64,000 bases of DNA from Trueperaceae bacterium (lineage in GTDB: Bacteria > Deinococcota > Deinococci > Deinococcales > Trueperaceae): contig CBDCDZ010000004.1 in assembly GCA_965215565.1 (NCBI GenBank), positions 512,001 through 576,000 on the forward strand, in the 5' to 3' direction. The notes under the pieces are model-generated. The model saw only the letters and a list, made by a program, of their open reading frames with translations, searched no databases and was not told where the DNA came from. Made by a program: the position numbers and the translations under genes. How positions within the stretch are numbered: the first letter of the stretch is position 1; each line of letters opens with the position of its first letter. Shown piece after piece: positions 41,496 to 53,000 of the stretch.

Positions 41496-43058
41496 ATGGC
41501 AAGCGTCCCCTCCAGTATCGTGGTCCTCGACTACGGCTCGCAGTACACGCGGCTCATCGCGCGGCGGCTACGCGAGCTGAACATCTACTCGGTGATTTTA
41601 AGCGCGCAGACCTCTTTGGAACAGATTCAGGCGCATCAGCCTGGGGGCGTCATCCTCTCCGGGGGTCCTAGTAGCGTTTACGACGAGGGCGCGCCGCGCT
41701 TACCGGCTGGGCTGTTAAAGGCAGACCTCCCGATCCTCGCCATCTGCTACGGGATGCAGCTCGTCGTGAAGGAAGCGGGCGGCGAGGTTAGGGCGAGCGC
41801 GGTGCGCGAATACGGTAAGGCGACGCTCACGCGCTATCACGGCAGTCTCTTTAGAGGTATCGAGGGTGACTTCGTCGCCTGGATGAGCCACGGCGATTCG
41901 GTGAGCACGTTGCCGACGGGCTTCGAAACGGTGGCGAGCACAAGCGACACGCCCGTCGCCGCGATGGAGAATAGAGCGCGGCGTCTTTACGGCATCCAGT
42001 TTCACCCGGAGGTGCGCCACACGCCTAAAGGGGATGTCCTCTTGGAGAACTTCGTGCGCGAAACGGGCGTCCTTAGGGACTGGACGCCCGAGAGCATCTT
42101 GGAGACGATGATTCAAGAGGTGCGCGAAACCGTCCGCAGCGAGCGCATCCTCTTAGGGATTTCGGGCGGGGTGGACTCGAGCACCCTGGGCCTCCTCCTG
42201 AATAGAGCCGTCGGCGCTCAGCTCTCCGCCGTCTTCGTCGATCACGGGCTGCTGCGCCTGGGCGAAGCGGAAGAGGTCGAGACGGCGCTACGCGGGCTGG
42301 GCGTCAACCTCACGGTGGTGGAGGCGTCGGCGCGGTTTTTGGACGCCTTAAAAGGCGTCACCGACCCCGAGCAGAAGCGCAAGATCATCGGGCGCGAGTT
42401 CATCGAGGTTTTTAACGCCGAGGCGAAAAAGCAGGCGGCGGGGGGCGAACTGACTTTTTTAGCGCAAGGGACGCTCTATCCGGACGTCATCGAGTCGGCA
42501 GGCGGACACGGCGCGGGAAGTCAAGCGGGCGGCGCAGCCAACATCAAGTCACACCACAACGTCGGCGGCTTGCCCGGAGAGCTGAACTTCAAACTCTTAG
42601 AACCTTTTCGCACGCTCTTCAAAGATGAGGTGCGCGAGTTGGCGAGTGTCCTCGGGCTGCCGCCGCACCTTTCAAGGCGTCACCCCTTCCCCGGTCCCGG
42701 TTTGGCGATTCGCTGCATCGGTGAGGTGACGCGGGGGCGCTTGGAGGTCTTGCGCCGCGTGGACGATATTTTCATCAGCGGCTTACACGAGTTCGGGCTC
42801 TACGACGAGACCTGGCAGGCCTTGGCTGTCTTGACGCCGATTCGCTCAGTCGGGGTCATGGGTGACGGGCGCACCTACGCGAACACGGTGGCGCTCCGGG
42901 CGGTCTCGAGCAGTGACGGCATGACCGCCGACTGGACACGCCTTCCGCACGACTTCTTAGCCACCATCTCTAACCGCATCGTGAACAGCGTTGCGGAGGT
43001 CAACCGAGTGGTCTTCGACATCACCAGCAAGCCGCCGGGGACGATCGAGTGGGAGTAG
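41496..43058 (+). CDS. guaA: GMP synthase (glutamine-hydrolysing)
   Basis: [35 protein letters not shown] and [10 protein letters not shown] motifs. TATAGT-N7-ATG. Confidence 0.98.
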   Translation: MASVPSSIVVLDYGSQYTRLIARRLRELNIYSVILSAQTSLEQIQAHQPGGVILSGGPSSVYDEGAPRLPAGLLKADLPILAICYGMQLVVKEAGGEVRASAVREYGKATLTRYHGSLFRGIEGDFVAWMSHGDSVSTLPTGFETVASTSDTPVAAMENRARRLYGIQFHPEVRHTPKGDVLLENFVRETGVLRDWTPESILETMIQEVRETVRSERILLGISGGVDSSTLGLLLNRAVGAQLSAVFVDHGLLRLGEAEEVETALRGLGVNLTVVEASARFLDALKGVTDPEQKRKIIGREFIEVFNAEAKKQAAGGELTFLAQGTLYPDVIESAGGHGAGSQAGGAANIKSHHNVGGLPGELNFKLLEPFRTLFKDEVRELASVLGLPPHLSRRHPFPGPGLAIRCIGEVTRGRLEVLRRVDDIFISGLHEFGLYDETWQALAVLTPIRSVGVMGDGRTYANTVALRAVSSSDGMTADWTRLPHDFLATISNRIVNSVAEVNRVVFDITSKPPGTIEWE

Positions 43059-43123
43059 CTACAAATTTGCTGAGTGCGCTATAGCCGGTAAAGCTTTAAT
43101 GATTCACAGTTCGACGCCGATTC

Positions 43124-43154
43124 CGTAGGGGCGGATTCCAAAACTACTCCTACG
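43124..43154. repeat. GTAG-type REP-like hairpin
   Basis: CGTAGGGGCGG...CTACTCCTACG. Confidence 0.5.
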
Positions 43155-43313
43155 CCGTTTGCACTTCGAACACAGTTTGGTGCGCTTTCTCAAATCCCCT
43201 GTCGTGGGGATTTTTGCTTTTTCTACTCTTAGCACTTCCAAAACATACTGAGATAAAGGGGCGCAGATCTCTGTCCGCAAGGACTAGCGTTACGGGCAGG
43301 CCGCCCTGCCGTT

Positions 43314-43434
43314 GCGGGATTTCATCTCATAATGTGCGTGTTGATTACGGAGTTTTCGCAAGGCGAAACAGTGTTTTTTATAGTGAGAGTGTTGCTTCGC
43401 ATCGCTTCGCGCACTCAAACCAGATGGTACCTGC
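43314..43434 (-). repeat. 121-bp member of the GCAGGTATCA repeat family
   Basis: GCGGGATTTCATCTCATAATGTGCGTG...CTCAAACCAGATGGTACCTGC(TA), collinear with 17020-17095. Confidence 0.75.
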
Positions 43435-43761
43435 TATCTTTTTGTTCAGGTACGTTTGCCCCAAAGTAGAAGAGGTGGGGTGAATTTTCTTCGGGCTCGA
43501 GTCGCCCCAAAACCCGTTCACTACACCCGCTTCGGCGTTCATCCTTTGCTGAAAAACGCACAAAGTGGGCGTCTTCACCGTTATTTTTTCACAACTTGCC
43601 CACCTCTTGTGACATTTTAGACATTCGGCGTGCACCTGCACTTGACGTGTGAAAGATGCTACCGGACAGGTACGGCGGTCCTTCGTAAGCTACTTGTCAG
43701 TGCACTTTATGAGAGTTCTTTCTACACAAAATTTAACGTGCACCTGAGAAGAGGAGGCTAC

Positions 43762-44271
43762 ATGCAACACTACCGGTCCGCCCTGGGTTTCTTTTGCGTC
43801 TGCTGCGTCATTGGGATGTCCCTGAGCGCCGCCTACGCGCAAACACCGCTCGCGGTCACCTTGGAGAGCTATCTCGTGACGGAAGTGACCCTGGAGGACG
43901 GCACCACCGAGGAGCAACTCGTCCCCACCGAGACTGCCGAGCCCGGTCAGGTCTTGGAATATCACCTCACGCTCCAGAACGAGAGCGAGACGGCGCTCTC
44001 GGAGGGCGTCGCGGCGACGGGTCCAGTGCCGGAGCGGACCCAGTACCTCGCCGAGTCCGCGACGGACGGGGCGGGATCTGACCTCACCTTTAGCGCCGAC
44101 GAGGGCGAGAGCTTTAGCGCCGCGCCTACTGTCACCGTGACGGACGAGAACGGCGACGAGCAAGAGGTGGCAGCCGAGCCGGGGCAGTATGACGCCGTGC
44201 GCTGGAAGCTGCTGAGCGGGCTCGAGCCGGGTCAGACGCGCATCTTCGTCTACCGCGTGGAGGTGCTCTAA
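43762..44271 (+). CDS. Small secreted single DUF11-like domain protein
   Basis: GGAGG RBS, signal peptide ending AYA-Q, PGQVLEYHLTLQN, and end LEPGQTRIFVYRVEVL. Confidence 0.8.
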   Translation: MQHYRSALGFFCVCCVIGMSLSAAYAQTPLAVTLESYLVTEVTLEDGTTEEQLVPTETAEPGQVLEYHLTLQNESETALSEGVAATGPVPERTQYLAESATDGAGSDLTFSADEGESFSAAPTVTVTDENGDEQEVAAEPGQYDAVRWKLLSGLEPGQTRIFVYRVEVL

Positions 44272-44361
44272 GCCTAACCTCTTTCAGTGTGTAACTTCGC
44301 TCGTCAACCCTTAACCCTCTCTAACCGCCCCGCCCTATTTTCACGCTCTCTCGGAGGAAAG

Positions 44362-47094
44362 ATGACCCTTGTACGCTCCGTTTTCGCGGTCTTGCTCGCG
44401 CTCGCTTTAGCAGTCGCCTTCGCGCAGCAAACCCCCGCCGGAACCCAGATTCAAAACCAAGCCACCGCCCAGTATGTCGATTCATCGGGCGAAACCCAGA
44501 CCACGAACTCCAACCAAGTCGTGACCATCGTCCAGCAGGTTTACGACGTGGCAATTACACCCGACAGCACCGGCACGCCCGGTGAAACTGATTTCGTGTC
44601 AGGTCAGTCCCAAGACGCCACGCCCGGTAGCACCGTGTACTTCCCGTACACGCTCACGAACGAGGGTAACGGCGCAGACAGCTTCGACTTAACGAGCGAT
44701 GTTGCCGTAGACAGCACGGGCGCTATCGCGGACACGACGCCTATTTTCTACCTTGATGAGAATAACGACGGCAAAGTGCAATCAGGTGAAGACATCGTTA
44801 CCTCTATAGATAACGTCGCTGCAGGCGAGTCCGTCAAGTTCATCATGGCGTACCAGATTCCTACGGACGTTGACACCACCGACGCAACAGCGGACACGGT
44901 GATCGCCAGCCCTATCGGAACGAGCCAGGGTGACACCGAAGCCCCTGTCGCCAGCGACAGCAACAACTACCACCAGACCAACGTTGTGCAGGGCGCAGCT
45001 CTCCGCGCGACGAAGACCGTGGACCAGGCGAACGCCGACCCCGGCGACACGCTTACCTACACTGTGACCGTCACGAATACAGGTTCGGCAGACGCAACCA
45101 ACGTCGTCATCTCCGACGAACTGCCTGGCGGCGTGACTTACGTTTCAGCGACAGCGACCCCTGCCAACACCGTTGACTTTGATGCAGGCACGTCAACCGT
45201 GAGCACGACCTTTGCAACCATCAATTCAGGTCAGGCTGTAGAGCTAGAGATTACGGCAACTGTCAATGACGACACCCTCCCCGGCGACTTAGCGAACACC
45301 GCCACTATCACTTATGACGATGATCAAGGCAACCCCAGAACTCCTGTAGATACCAACACCACGACCACGACGGTGCTACCAGAAGCAGGTGTGGCAGTCG
45401 GTCCGAACGGCGACCCGCTCGACGGGCTAGACGGCGACGACGACACCGCCATCAGCTACACCACGAGCGAGGGCTATACCATCACAGGGGCGGACAACGC
45501 CGACACCCAGGTCTTAGCCGAAGCGAACGCAGGCACCAACGTCAGCTTTATCAACACGGTTCAGAACACCGGAACCGACACCGACACCTTCAACCTCTCG
45601 ACCACGCCCACCCTTCCTGACGGCGCGTCCGTCATCCTGACCCGTCTCGACGGCACACCCCTAACCGACACCGACAACGACGGCACGGTGGACAGCGGAC
45701 CGCTCGCACCGGGTGAAAACTTCAGCTTCATCACCAGAGTTGTTTTACCGTCAAACGTTCCGGCTGAAGGCGACGCGGCTGTTAACGCTGCTGAAGTGAC
45801 CGTGACGGCGACCTCGAGCCTCAACCCAGACGTAGACGACGACACGACCAATGTCATCCAAGACATCGCCGGACCAGGCGTCGATATTGGTAACGATAAC
45901 GGCGACACAGAGGTCGATGGCGACGACACGGCAAGCGACATCGGCGTAAACCAAACCGTCGAGCCAGGCGAGAGTGCCTCGTTCCCGCTAGATATTGTTA
46001 ATACGGGCGGCAGCGACGACAGCTTCGACCTTACGGGTACCGTGGACTTCACCGACAACGAGGGCAACACCGTCACCGTCCCAGTGACCTACTACCCGGA
46101 CACGGACGGCGACGGCGTCTTAGACCCAGACGAGCTTACGGCTGGCCCGATCACCAACACGGGCACGATCGACCCAGGCGAAGAGGTCAGCGTCATCGCA
46201 GTGGTGAACGTTCCCGCAGACGCCGTGCCAACCGATGACCCTTCAACCGTCACGCTGATCGCGGACTCACCAAATTCGGGCGCGCAAGACACCTTCACGA
46301 ACAACACCGTCACCGTAGCCGAAGACGCCACCTTCACCTTCAGCCCCGACCGCAACGGCACAGCGCCAAGCCCCGGTACGGTCATCTACCAGCACACGCT
46401 CGAGAATACGGGCAACGTCAACATCACCGATATCGACTTCTCTGAGGTCTCGAGCGGTAACGACACCGGCTTCACCTACACTTATTCGTATGACGGGACG
46501 ACGTACTACGCCGTAGACGCGCTGCCCACTCTGACGGACGCAGCCGGACCGGGTGTCATCGCACCAGGCGACAACCAGTCCTTCTTCGTACAGGTCAACG
46601 TGCCTGCAGGCGTACCACAGGGCGCGGTCAACGTCGTCGAAGTTACAGCCGCAGCGACCTTCACTGCCGGAACCGCGACTCAGATCGTTACCGACACGAC
46701 TATCGTTGTCGGCGGTGAGGTCAGGGTTGAAAAAGAGTGGAGCTTAGACGGTGCCACCTTCTACCGAGGCGACGGCACCGACACCGATAATCTCCCTGTA
46801 CCCGAAGTCGCGCCAGGTGAGGACATCACCTACCGCCTCACGGTTACGAACATCGGCACGGCGGACGTTACTGAAATCGACGTCTTCGACCCCGTTCCAA
46901 CCTTCACTGACTTCGTTGAAGACTCCACCTCGGGCGGCGACGGCGTGGAATGCTCCACCGACGGCGGCACGGGCTACGGTGCGTGCCCGACGGGTGGCGA
47001 CATTGATACGGACGTCACCACACTCCGCTTCGACATCGCGACCTTAGCGCCTGGTGCGGAAGTCGTTCTCGAGTTCGACGTGCGCGTTCAGTAA
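44362..47094 (+). CDS. Secreted DUF11-repeat protein (putative major filament subunit)
   Basis: GGAGG RBS, signal AFA-QQTPAGT, repeated PGxTxTY..NTG Ig-like modules, acidic DxDxDG loops, and end FDVRVQ. Confidence 0.85.
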   Translation: MTLVRSVFAVLLALALAVAFAQQTPAGTQIQNQATAQYVDSSGETQTTNSNQVVTIVQQVYDVAITPDSTGTPGETDFVSGQSQDATPGSTVYFPYTLTNEGNGADSFDLTSDVAVDSTGAIADTTPIFYLDENNDGKVQSGEDIVTSIDNVAAGESVKFIMAYQIPTDVDTTDATADTVIASPIGTSQGDTEAPVASDSNNYHQTNVVQGAALRATKTVDQANADPGDTLTYTVTVTNTGSADATNVVISDELPGGVTYVSATATPANTVDFDAGTSTVSTTFATINSGQAVELEITATVNDDTLPGDLANTATITYDDDQGNPRTPVDTNTTTTTVLPEAGVAVGPNGDPLDGLDGDDDTAISYTTSEGYTITGADNADTQVLAEANAGTNVSFINTVQNTGTDTDTFNLSTTPTLPDGASVILTRLDGTPLTDTDNDGTVDSGPLAPGENFSFITRVVLPSNVPAEGDAAVNAAEVTVTATSSLNPDVDDDTTNVIQDIAGPGVDIGNDNGDTEVDGDDTASDIGVNQTVEPGESASFPLDIVNTGGSDDSFDLTGTVDFTDNEGNTVTVPVTYYPDTDGDGVLDPDELTAGPITNTGTIDPGEEVSVIAVVNVPADAVPTDDPSTVTLIADSPNSGAQDTFTNNTVTVAEDATFTFSPDRNGTAPSPGTVIYQHTLENTGNVNITDIDFSEVSSGNDTGFTYTYSYDGTTYYAVDALPTLTDAAGPGVIAPGDNQSFFVQVNVPAGVPQGAVNVVEVTAAATFTAGTATQIVTDTTIVVGGEVRVEKEWSLDGATFYRGDGTDTDNLPVPEVAPGEDITYRLTVTNIGTADVTEIDVFDPVPTFTDFVEDSTSGGDGVECSTDGGTGYGACPTGGDIDTDVTTLRFDIATLAPGAEVVLEFDVRVQ

Positions 47095-47106
47095 ACCCTC
47101 TCATCC

Positions 47107-47159
47107 TGTGGGAGCTTAGGCTCCCACACCCCTTCTTGGAGGGCTGCATAGGGCAGCCC
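47107..47159 (+). terminator. Two intergenic stem-loops after the major DUF11 subunit gene
   Basis: TGTGGGAGC/GCTCCCACA and GGGCTGC/GCAGCCC, without a long U-run. Confidence 0.55.
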
Positions 47160-47230
47160 CCACTATCTCACTAACTCTATTTTATGAACCTTATCAATCC
47201 CTTTACGAACCCTCTGGAAAGGCACCCCTT

Positions 47231-50050
47231 ATGACGCGACTATTCATCACTCTGAGCGTGCTGCTGAGCGGCTTGGTGCTTGCCATCACCCCGGCGGGGA
47301 CGGAGATTCGCAACCAGGCGAGCGCGGTCTTGAACGGCGAAACGTACCTCTCTAATGAGGTGAATACAGCGGTGCGTTCTCTCTGTATCCCCGAACTGAC
47401 GCCCAACGGCACACAAACCGCGCCGGGGCAGAGCGTCAGCGTGAGCGCGGGGGGGCGGGCGTACCTGCCCTATACGCTCACCAATGCGGGCAACGACCGC
47501 TTCACCTTCGACCTCTCGGTTGTGCAGGGCGCAGGCGACTGGACGCCCGGTGAGACTACGCTCTACCGCGACGCCAACCGCAACGGACGCTTGGACGCGG
47601 GCGAGACCGCCGCCCCGTCCGTCACGTTGGAGAGTGGCGCGGACGCTGCGCTCATCCTCGAGGTCGTGACGCCTGCGGGGGCGACGGGTGAACGAACCTT
47701 CTCACCCGTCGCGATTTGTGGAGGGACGAACGAAGCGGACGCGGAGAACTACGCGCTCGTACAAGTCGTCGAAGGTCCGGCGTTGCAACTCTTCAAGACG
47801 GTTGGAGGCTCCACCTTTGACCCCGGCGAGACCGTCCGCTTCGAGGTGCGCCTACTGAATAACGGCTCGCAGCCCGCCGAGAATCCCACCTTGACCGACG
47901 ACTTCGGATTCGCTGACTTAGATGGTCTCACCTTTGTGGGCGGTTCCGCAACAGCAACGCAGGGAACCGTTGAGTATTCAGACGGCGCGACCTGGACGCA
48001 GACGGAGCCGGGCACAGTGCGCAGCGTGCGGGTGCAACTCGCCTCTCTCGCCGTCGGTGGAGAGGTTATCCTCAGCTTCGAGATGCGCGTTTCGCCGGAC
48101 GCCGCGCCCGGCGAGCGGCAGAACCGCGCCGTCGCGACCGGACCCGGCGGACCCGCTGAAGTCACGGCGGACTTCACGGTAGGGGCGAGCTACCAGCACT
48201 TCTTGGGACCGGACGGCGACCCGAGAGCGCTTCCCGGCGGCGAAGGCAGCGCCGACGATTTACAGGTCAAAGACCGCTTGATTTACGGGCGCACGAGCTG
48301 TTTCGCACACACGCTAGAGAACGCGAGCACCGTTCAAGACCGCTACGAGATCGCCTTTAGCGGGCTTCCGGCGGGCGTCGCGGCGACGCTCAACACGGTT
48401 GACGGCGAGCCGCTGCCGCGCACCTTAGAACTACAAGCGGGCGAACGCCGCGACTTCAGGCTCTGCTTAACGGCGAGCGACGTCGTCCCGCCTTTCACCG
48501 TCACGCTCACCGCGACCTCACTCGCCACCGGTCAGATGAACCTCACCCGTGACCGCGTCGAAGAGGTCATAGCGGCAGGTCCCGAGCTAGACCTCGTCAA
48601 GAGCGCCGACCCCGTGGGTTCTATCGGCGAAGGCGAGGTGCTCACCTACACCCTCACGGTGACGAACAACCACGACTTCGATTTGAATGACGTGCGTATC
48701 ACTGACACCTTGGAAGGCTTCGAGCGTTCGGATGGACGAGCCGCCGAGATTCCCGCGTCCACGTTTGTCTCTGCCTCGGATGGCGGCGACTACGACGCGG
48801 AGACGCGCACCGTTTCATGGCGCGTGCTGAACCTACCCGCAGGCGAAAGCACCCGCTTCACCGTCCAGGTGCGGATGCCTGAAGACGTACCGGATGACAC
48901 CCTCTTCGTGCTGCGCAACCGTTTTAGCGTCGCGGCGCAGGAGTTGCCTGCGCCCAAAGCCTCCAACGAGGTCACGCACGCTTTCCCGCTCTTGTCGCTC
49001 ACCATCGAGAAGACGGTGGCGGAAGAGGTAGTACGCATCGGTGACACGCTGCGCTACACCGTGACGGTCTCCAACCCGAACGACGTGCCTTTAGACCTCA
49101 CAGTTGTGGACACGCCGCCCGAGCGCACCGCCTACGTAGCAGGAAGCGCGGTGGTGACGAGCGGCGCGAACGAAAAAGCGGTTGAACCCGAAGCGCGCGG
49201 CGACGAGTTGGTGTGGGACTTAACAGGCGACCCCGACTTCCGCTTGGAGCCTAGAGGCGCAGGCGGGCGCGACCGGGTGAGCATCTCTTACGCGCTCACC
49301 GTGCTACCCGGCGCGGAGGGTCCCCTGCAGAACACCGCCTACGCCCTCGGCACCTTTGGCGACGGCGACGGCGCGGTCTCGGGCGTCGTCATCGTGAGCG
49401 ACGAGGTGCAAGTGGACGTCACGTTAGACGAGCGTATCTTGAGCCAGCCCGACGCTCTCCTGAGCGGACGAGTCTACTTAGATGTCAACGAGAACTGCGT
49501 CTACGAGCACGGTCTCGACGTGCCGCTACCCGGCGCGAGGGTGCTCCTGCCGAACGGGTGGCAGACCTTGAGCGACGCAGAGGGCCGCTACACCTTCCGC
49601 GACTTAGAGCCCGGCGCGTGGTCCGTCACACTCGACGCGCGGTCCGCGCCCTTTGCGCCCGTGCCGCATCCCGAAGGCTTGGGGGAGGGCTACCAGCACC
49701 GCGTCGTCTTACAAGGTCTTACAGTGAGCGACTTTCCCTTGGTTGCACCCGCAGGCGCGATTCGCGCTTACCGGCAAACGACACTGCGCTTCGGTCCGCT
49801 CAACGTGGAAAAGCGCCTTATCGCCTTGCCGAGAGAGGACGGAACTGAAGGCGTGCGCGTGGTGCTCACGGTGACGAGCCCCGAACCCCTCCCCGAACTG
49901 GTCATCAGCGACCCCGTGCCCGGCGCGGAGCCGCGCACCTTTACCTTTGAGACTTTCGAGGGCGAAGAAACCCTGACCTACGACCTCGAGACCCCTGGGG
50001 ACGAGCCGCTACCCCTAACCGACCCCAACGCCCGCTGGAGATACCCATGA
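47231..50050 (+). CDS. Secreted DUF11-repeat protein with SdrD-B-like domain
   Basis: Signal VLA-ITPAGT, three K-[TS]...TY...N...D...N DUF11 repeats, and SGRVYLDVNEN...PLPGARV...SDAEGRYTF. Confidence 0.85.
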   Translation: MTRLFITLSVLLSGLVLAITPAGTEIRNQASAVLNGETYLSNEVNTAVRSLCIPELTPNGTQTAPGQSVSVSAGGRAYLPYTLTNAGNDRFTFDLSVVQGAGDWTPGETTLYRDANRNGRLDAGETAAPSVTLESGADAALILEVVTPAGATGERTFSPVAICGGTNEADAENYALVQVVEGPALQLFKTVGGSTFDPGETVRFEVRLLNNGSQPAENPTLTDDFGFADLDGLTFVGGSATATQGTVEYSDGATWTQTEPGTVRSVRVQLASLAVGGEVILSFEMRVSPDAAPGERQNRAVATGPGGPAEVTADFTVGASYQHFLGPDGDPRALPGGEGSADDLQVKDRLIYGRTSCFAHTLENASTVQDRYEIAFSGLPAGVAATLNTVDGEPLPRTLELQAGERRDFRLCLTASDVVPPFTVTLTATSLATGQMNLTRDRVEEVIAAGPELDLVKSADPVGSIGEGEVLTYTLTVTNNHDFDLNDVRITDTLEGFERSDGRAAEIPASTFVSASDGGDYDAETRTVSWRVLNLPAGESTRFTVQVRMPEDVPDDTLFVLRNRFSVAAQELPAPKASNEVTHAFPLLSLTIEKTVAEEVVRIGDTLRYTVTVSNPNDVPLDLTVVDTPPERTAYVAGSAVVTSGANEKAVEPEARGDELVWDLTGDPDFRLEPRGAGGRDRVSISYALTVLPGAEGPLQNTAYALGTFGDGDGAVSGVVIVSDEVQVDVTLDERILSQPDALLSGRVYLDVNENCVYEHGLDVPLPGARVLLPNGWQTLSDAEGRYTFRDLEPGAWSVTLDARSAPFAPVPHPEGLGEGYQHRVVLQGLTVSDFPLVAPAGAIRAYRQTTLRFGPLNVEKRLIALPREDGTEGVRVVLTVTSPEPLPELVISDPVPGAEPRTFTFETFEGEETLTYDLETPGDEPLPLTDPNARWRYP

Positions 50051-53000
50051 AGGTCTTATTTATCATTCTGACGCTACTCTCGCCCTTCGCTTTTGCTAAC
50101 GACGACGACACGGTCAAAGGTATCGTCCCCGGCGACGCTCTGGGCTGGGAGATCGAAGAGGTCGTGATGACGCTGTCGCTCGGTCAGGACAGCCCGGTGA
50201 AGCTCGAGATTTATTCCCCCGGCTTCGATCCGGACGACTACCGCGCCGCTTTGGACGGGCGCACCGAGCTGGGCGACGAGAATTACGGCGATCTTCCCCT
50301 AGCAGGTGAATTCGTATTAGAGAGCGGCGACACCCTCGCCCAGGGGCGCTACGAAGCCCAGCCGCACGAGTGGGAGACCCTTTATGAGGGCACCTTAGAG
50401 AAGGGCGCGTACACCCTGCGCAGCCGCTTTACCGGAAGGGGCAAAAACGCCTTTGTGGTGCGCGTGACGACGCCCGACCCGAGCATCAGCTCGCTCCGCT
50501 TCGCCGAAGGCACCGAACTTTTCGACGTGCGCTCTACCGAGTGGGTTCAAGCCTTTGAGGCCAAACTGCCCCGCGCGGGCACGCCCGCGCGTTACGCGCT
50601 CTACGACGGCGACGGCGCAAGCGAGCTAGAAGCGAAAGTCGTCATGGCGGACGGCAGCGAGCGCACCCTGCCCGTCTCGGAAGATTTGGAGTGGCAGGTC
50701 TGGGAATTCACTGAAGCGGGCACGTACACCGTCTACCTCCGTCAACCCGAAAGCGCGTATCAGTATTCCAATACCGTCGCGACGAAGACGCTCTACCCCG
50801 AGCCCGTTGTCGTAGACGTCGTGGACACGGCGGGCACCGCGCTCGGTATTCCCGCCCGCATCACGGGCTACAGCGAACGCACCGTGACGCTGGACGTGCC
50901 GAGCGAGTACCGACTCGTCGAGATTCAAACCGGCGGCGCGAGAGGTGACGGAACGCGAGTCAGCTTCGGCTTTGAAGGCGGACAGGTGCGTTACGTGCTG
51001 GAACAAAGTGCCGAAGCGGAGCCGGAGCCCGTAACGCCGCAGCCTGAGCCGACGCAGCCCGAAGCGCAAGACGCCACCGTGACCTTGACCAGGGACCTCG
51101 ACTTAAAAGAGGTCTTGCCCGGTGAAGTCGTGACCGTTTCTTTGACGGTCAGCCACGACAGCGACTCGCCCGTGACCTACACCTTGGAGGACACGCCGCC
51201 CGAGTGGTTGGAGCCGCTCGAGCCCACCACGTTCGAAGGCACCTTGGCAGCGAATGGTTCCGTTACGCACACCTACGGGGCGTCGGTGCGCTTCGGCGCG
51301 GAGGCGACGGGCGAGTTTACGGCGCGGCTGACCTCGTCTATCGGCGACGCGACTGCCGTAGACACCCTTGCGCGCCACCTGCTTCTCGTCGAAAAGAACG
51401 CCGCGTCTGAGACGGTGTTAGAGGGTCAAGCCACCTCGTTCACCGTGCGCGTGACGAACCCCTTGGGGCGCACCGTCTCCTTCGAGCTGCGCGAGTCGCC
51501 GCAGAGAGGCTTAGGCCTGGAAGGCGAGCCCGTCATCGACGTGACGCTGGGGGCGAACGAGAGCGAGTCCTTCGAGTTCACGGCGACGCCGGGGCGCACC
51601 GGCTCGCTCGATAACCAAGCGTCCGTCTTCATCAACCGGACGCCCGCCGGTTTCCCCGCTGGCGCGAGCTTAAACGTCAAGCCTATCCTCGTGCCCGAGC
51701 GCACCTCCTTAGTGACGCTGCCCTTTAACGTCGAAGCGGAAGGAAGAGTCGCCGAAGTCGAGGAGACAGAGGGCGGCACGCTCCTCATCCGCCACCGCGT
51801 CCCTTCGGATGCAACCTATGAGGTGGGCTCCTCGAGGCTGAACGGAAACCCTACCCCCGAGCCCTTAACGCAAACAGTGGAAGAAAGCGGCGAAGAGGTC
51901 ACCTACCTCTACTGGCAACTCCCCTACCTGACCGAGGGAACCCTGAGCTACGCCCTCGCCCACCAGGAGAGCTTGGACGCCTTGGCGGAGCCCGCTTTAA
52001 CTTTCAAATTCGGCAAGCGCGAGCTTTTCTTAGCGGGCGAGGTGCCCTTTGGAGAGGTGCGGGGTGCGCGAGAGGTCGTCCCTGCTAGGCGCAACGGGCT
52101 CATCCGCGAGCCCTTTCCCGGTACGGTTTACCGCACGACGGACGCGGCGAAAGTCGTTTTGGAGGGTCCCATCACCGAAGAGGTCACGCTCCTCTTAAAC
52201 GGCGTGAGCGTGAATAGCGACGCGCTAGGTAAGCGCGTGATTGACGAACAGAGCGGCGTGCAGCGCCTCGAGTACTACGGCTTGCCCTTAGAGGTGGGCA
52301 GCACCCTCATCGAAGCGACGATGGGCGGCGCACGCGACCAAGTCGAGGTCTTCCGCGCGGGCAACCCGACCTCTTTGGAGATCACCCCGACGATGTTGGA
52401 GGCGGACGGCGTCACCCCCGCCCAGTTCGAGATTCGCGCCCTAGATGAGTTCGGCGTGACGAACGGCTTCGGCGCGGTGAGCGTGCAGACCGATCTGGAA
52501 CCTCTAGACGACGACGCTTTCCCCGCCGAATCCGGCTACCAAGTTCTCTTAGAAGATGGCGTCGCGACCGTTCGCCTAGAACCCGTTCTAACGCCGCAGC
52601 AAACCAACTTACAGGTCCGCTTCAACGACTTGGACACGCGAGCGTCCTTTTACCTGGGCGGTACGGACGAACCCCTTTACCTCTATCAGGGCAGCGTGAG
52701 CGTGAAGCTGAGCCAGGGCGAGTTGAGCACTACGGGCGTGGCGAGAGGGTACGTCGAGACGCCTCTCGGGAACGGCACGCTGCAAGGCGCACTCGACACG
52801 AACGGCGGCGTCGCTGAGCAGGATGACCCTTCAGGGCGCTTTCCCATCACGGGCAGCGGCAACGCCGCGCAGCCCGCGCTACGCTCCGATGACCTCGTCG
52901 CGGTGCGTTATGGCGACGACACCTTTAGCGTCGGCTACTACGCGGACAGCTTGGGCGTGCCGGGTTTAGAAGGTGTAGCCAGTGGTACGGCGTTACAGGG

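Noticed and set aside
43608..43623. CRP-family site TGTGA-N6-AGACA upstream of the DUF11 operon
   Set aside because: Only an 8/10 match and no clear linked promoter; too weak to call.
43059..43760. Genomic island integrated at the guaA 3' end
   Set aside because: No integrase or duplicated guaA end was seen, and the DUF11 operon has host-like composition.
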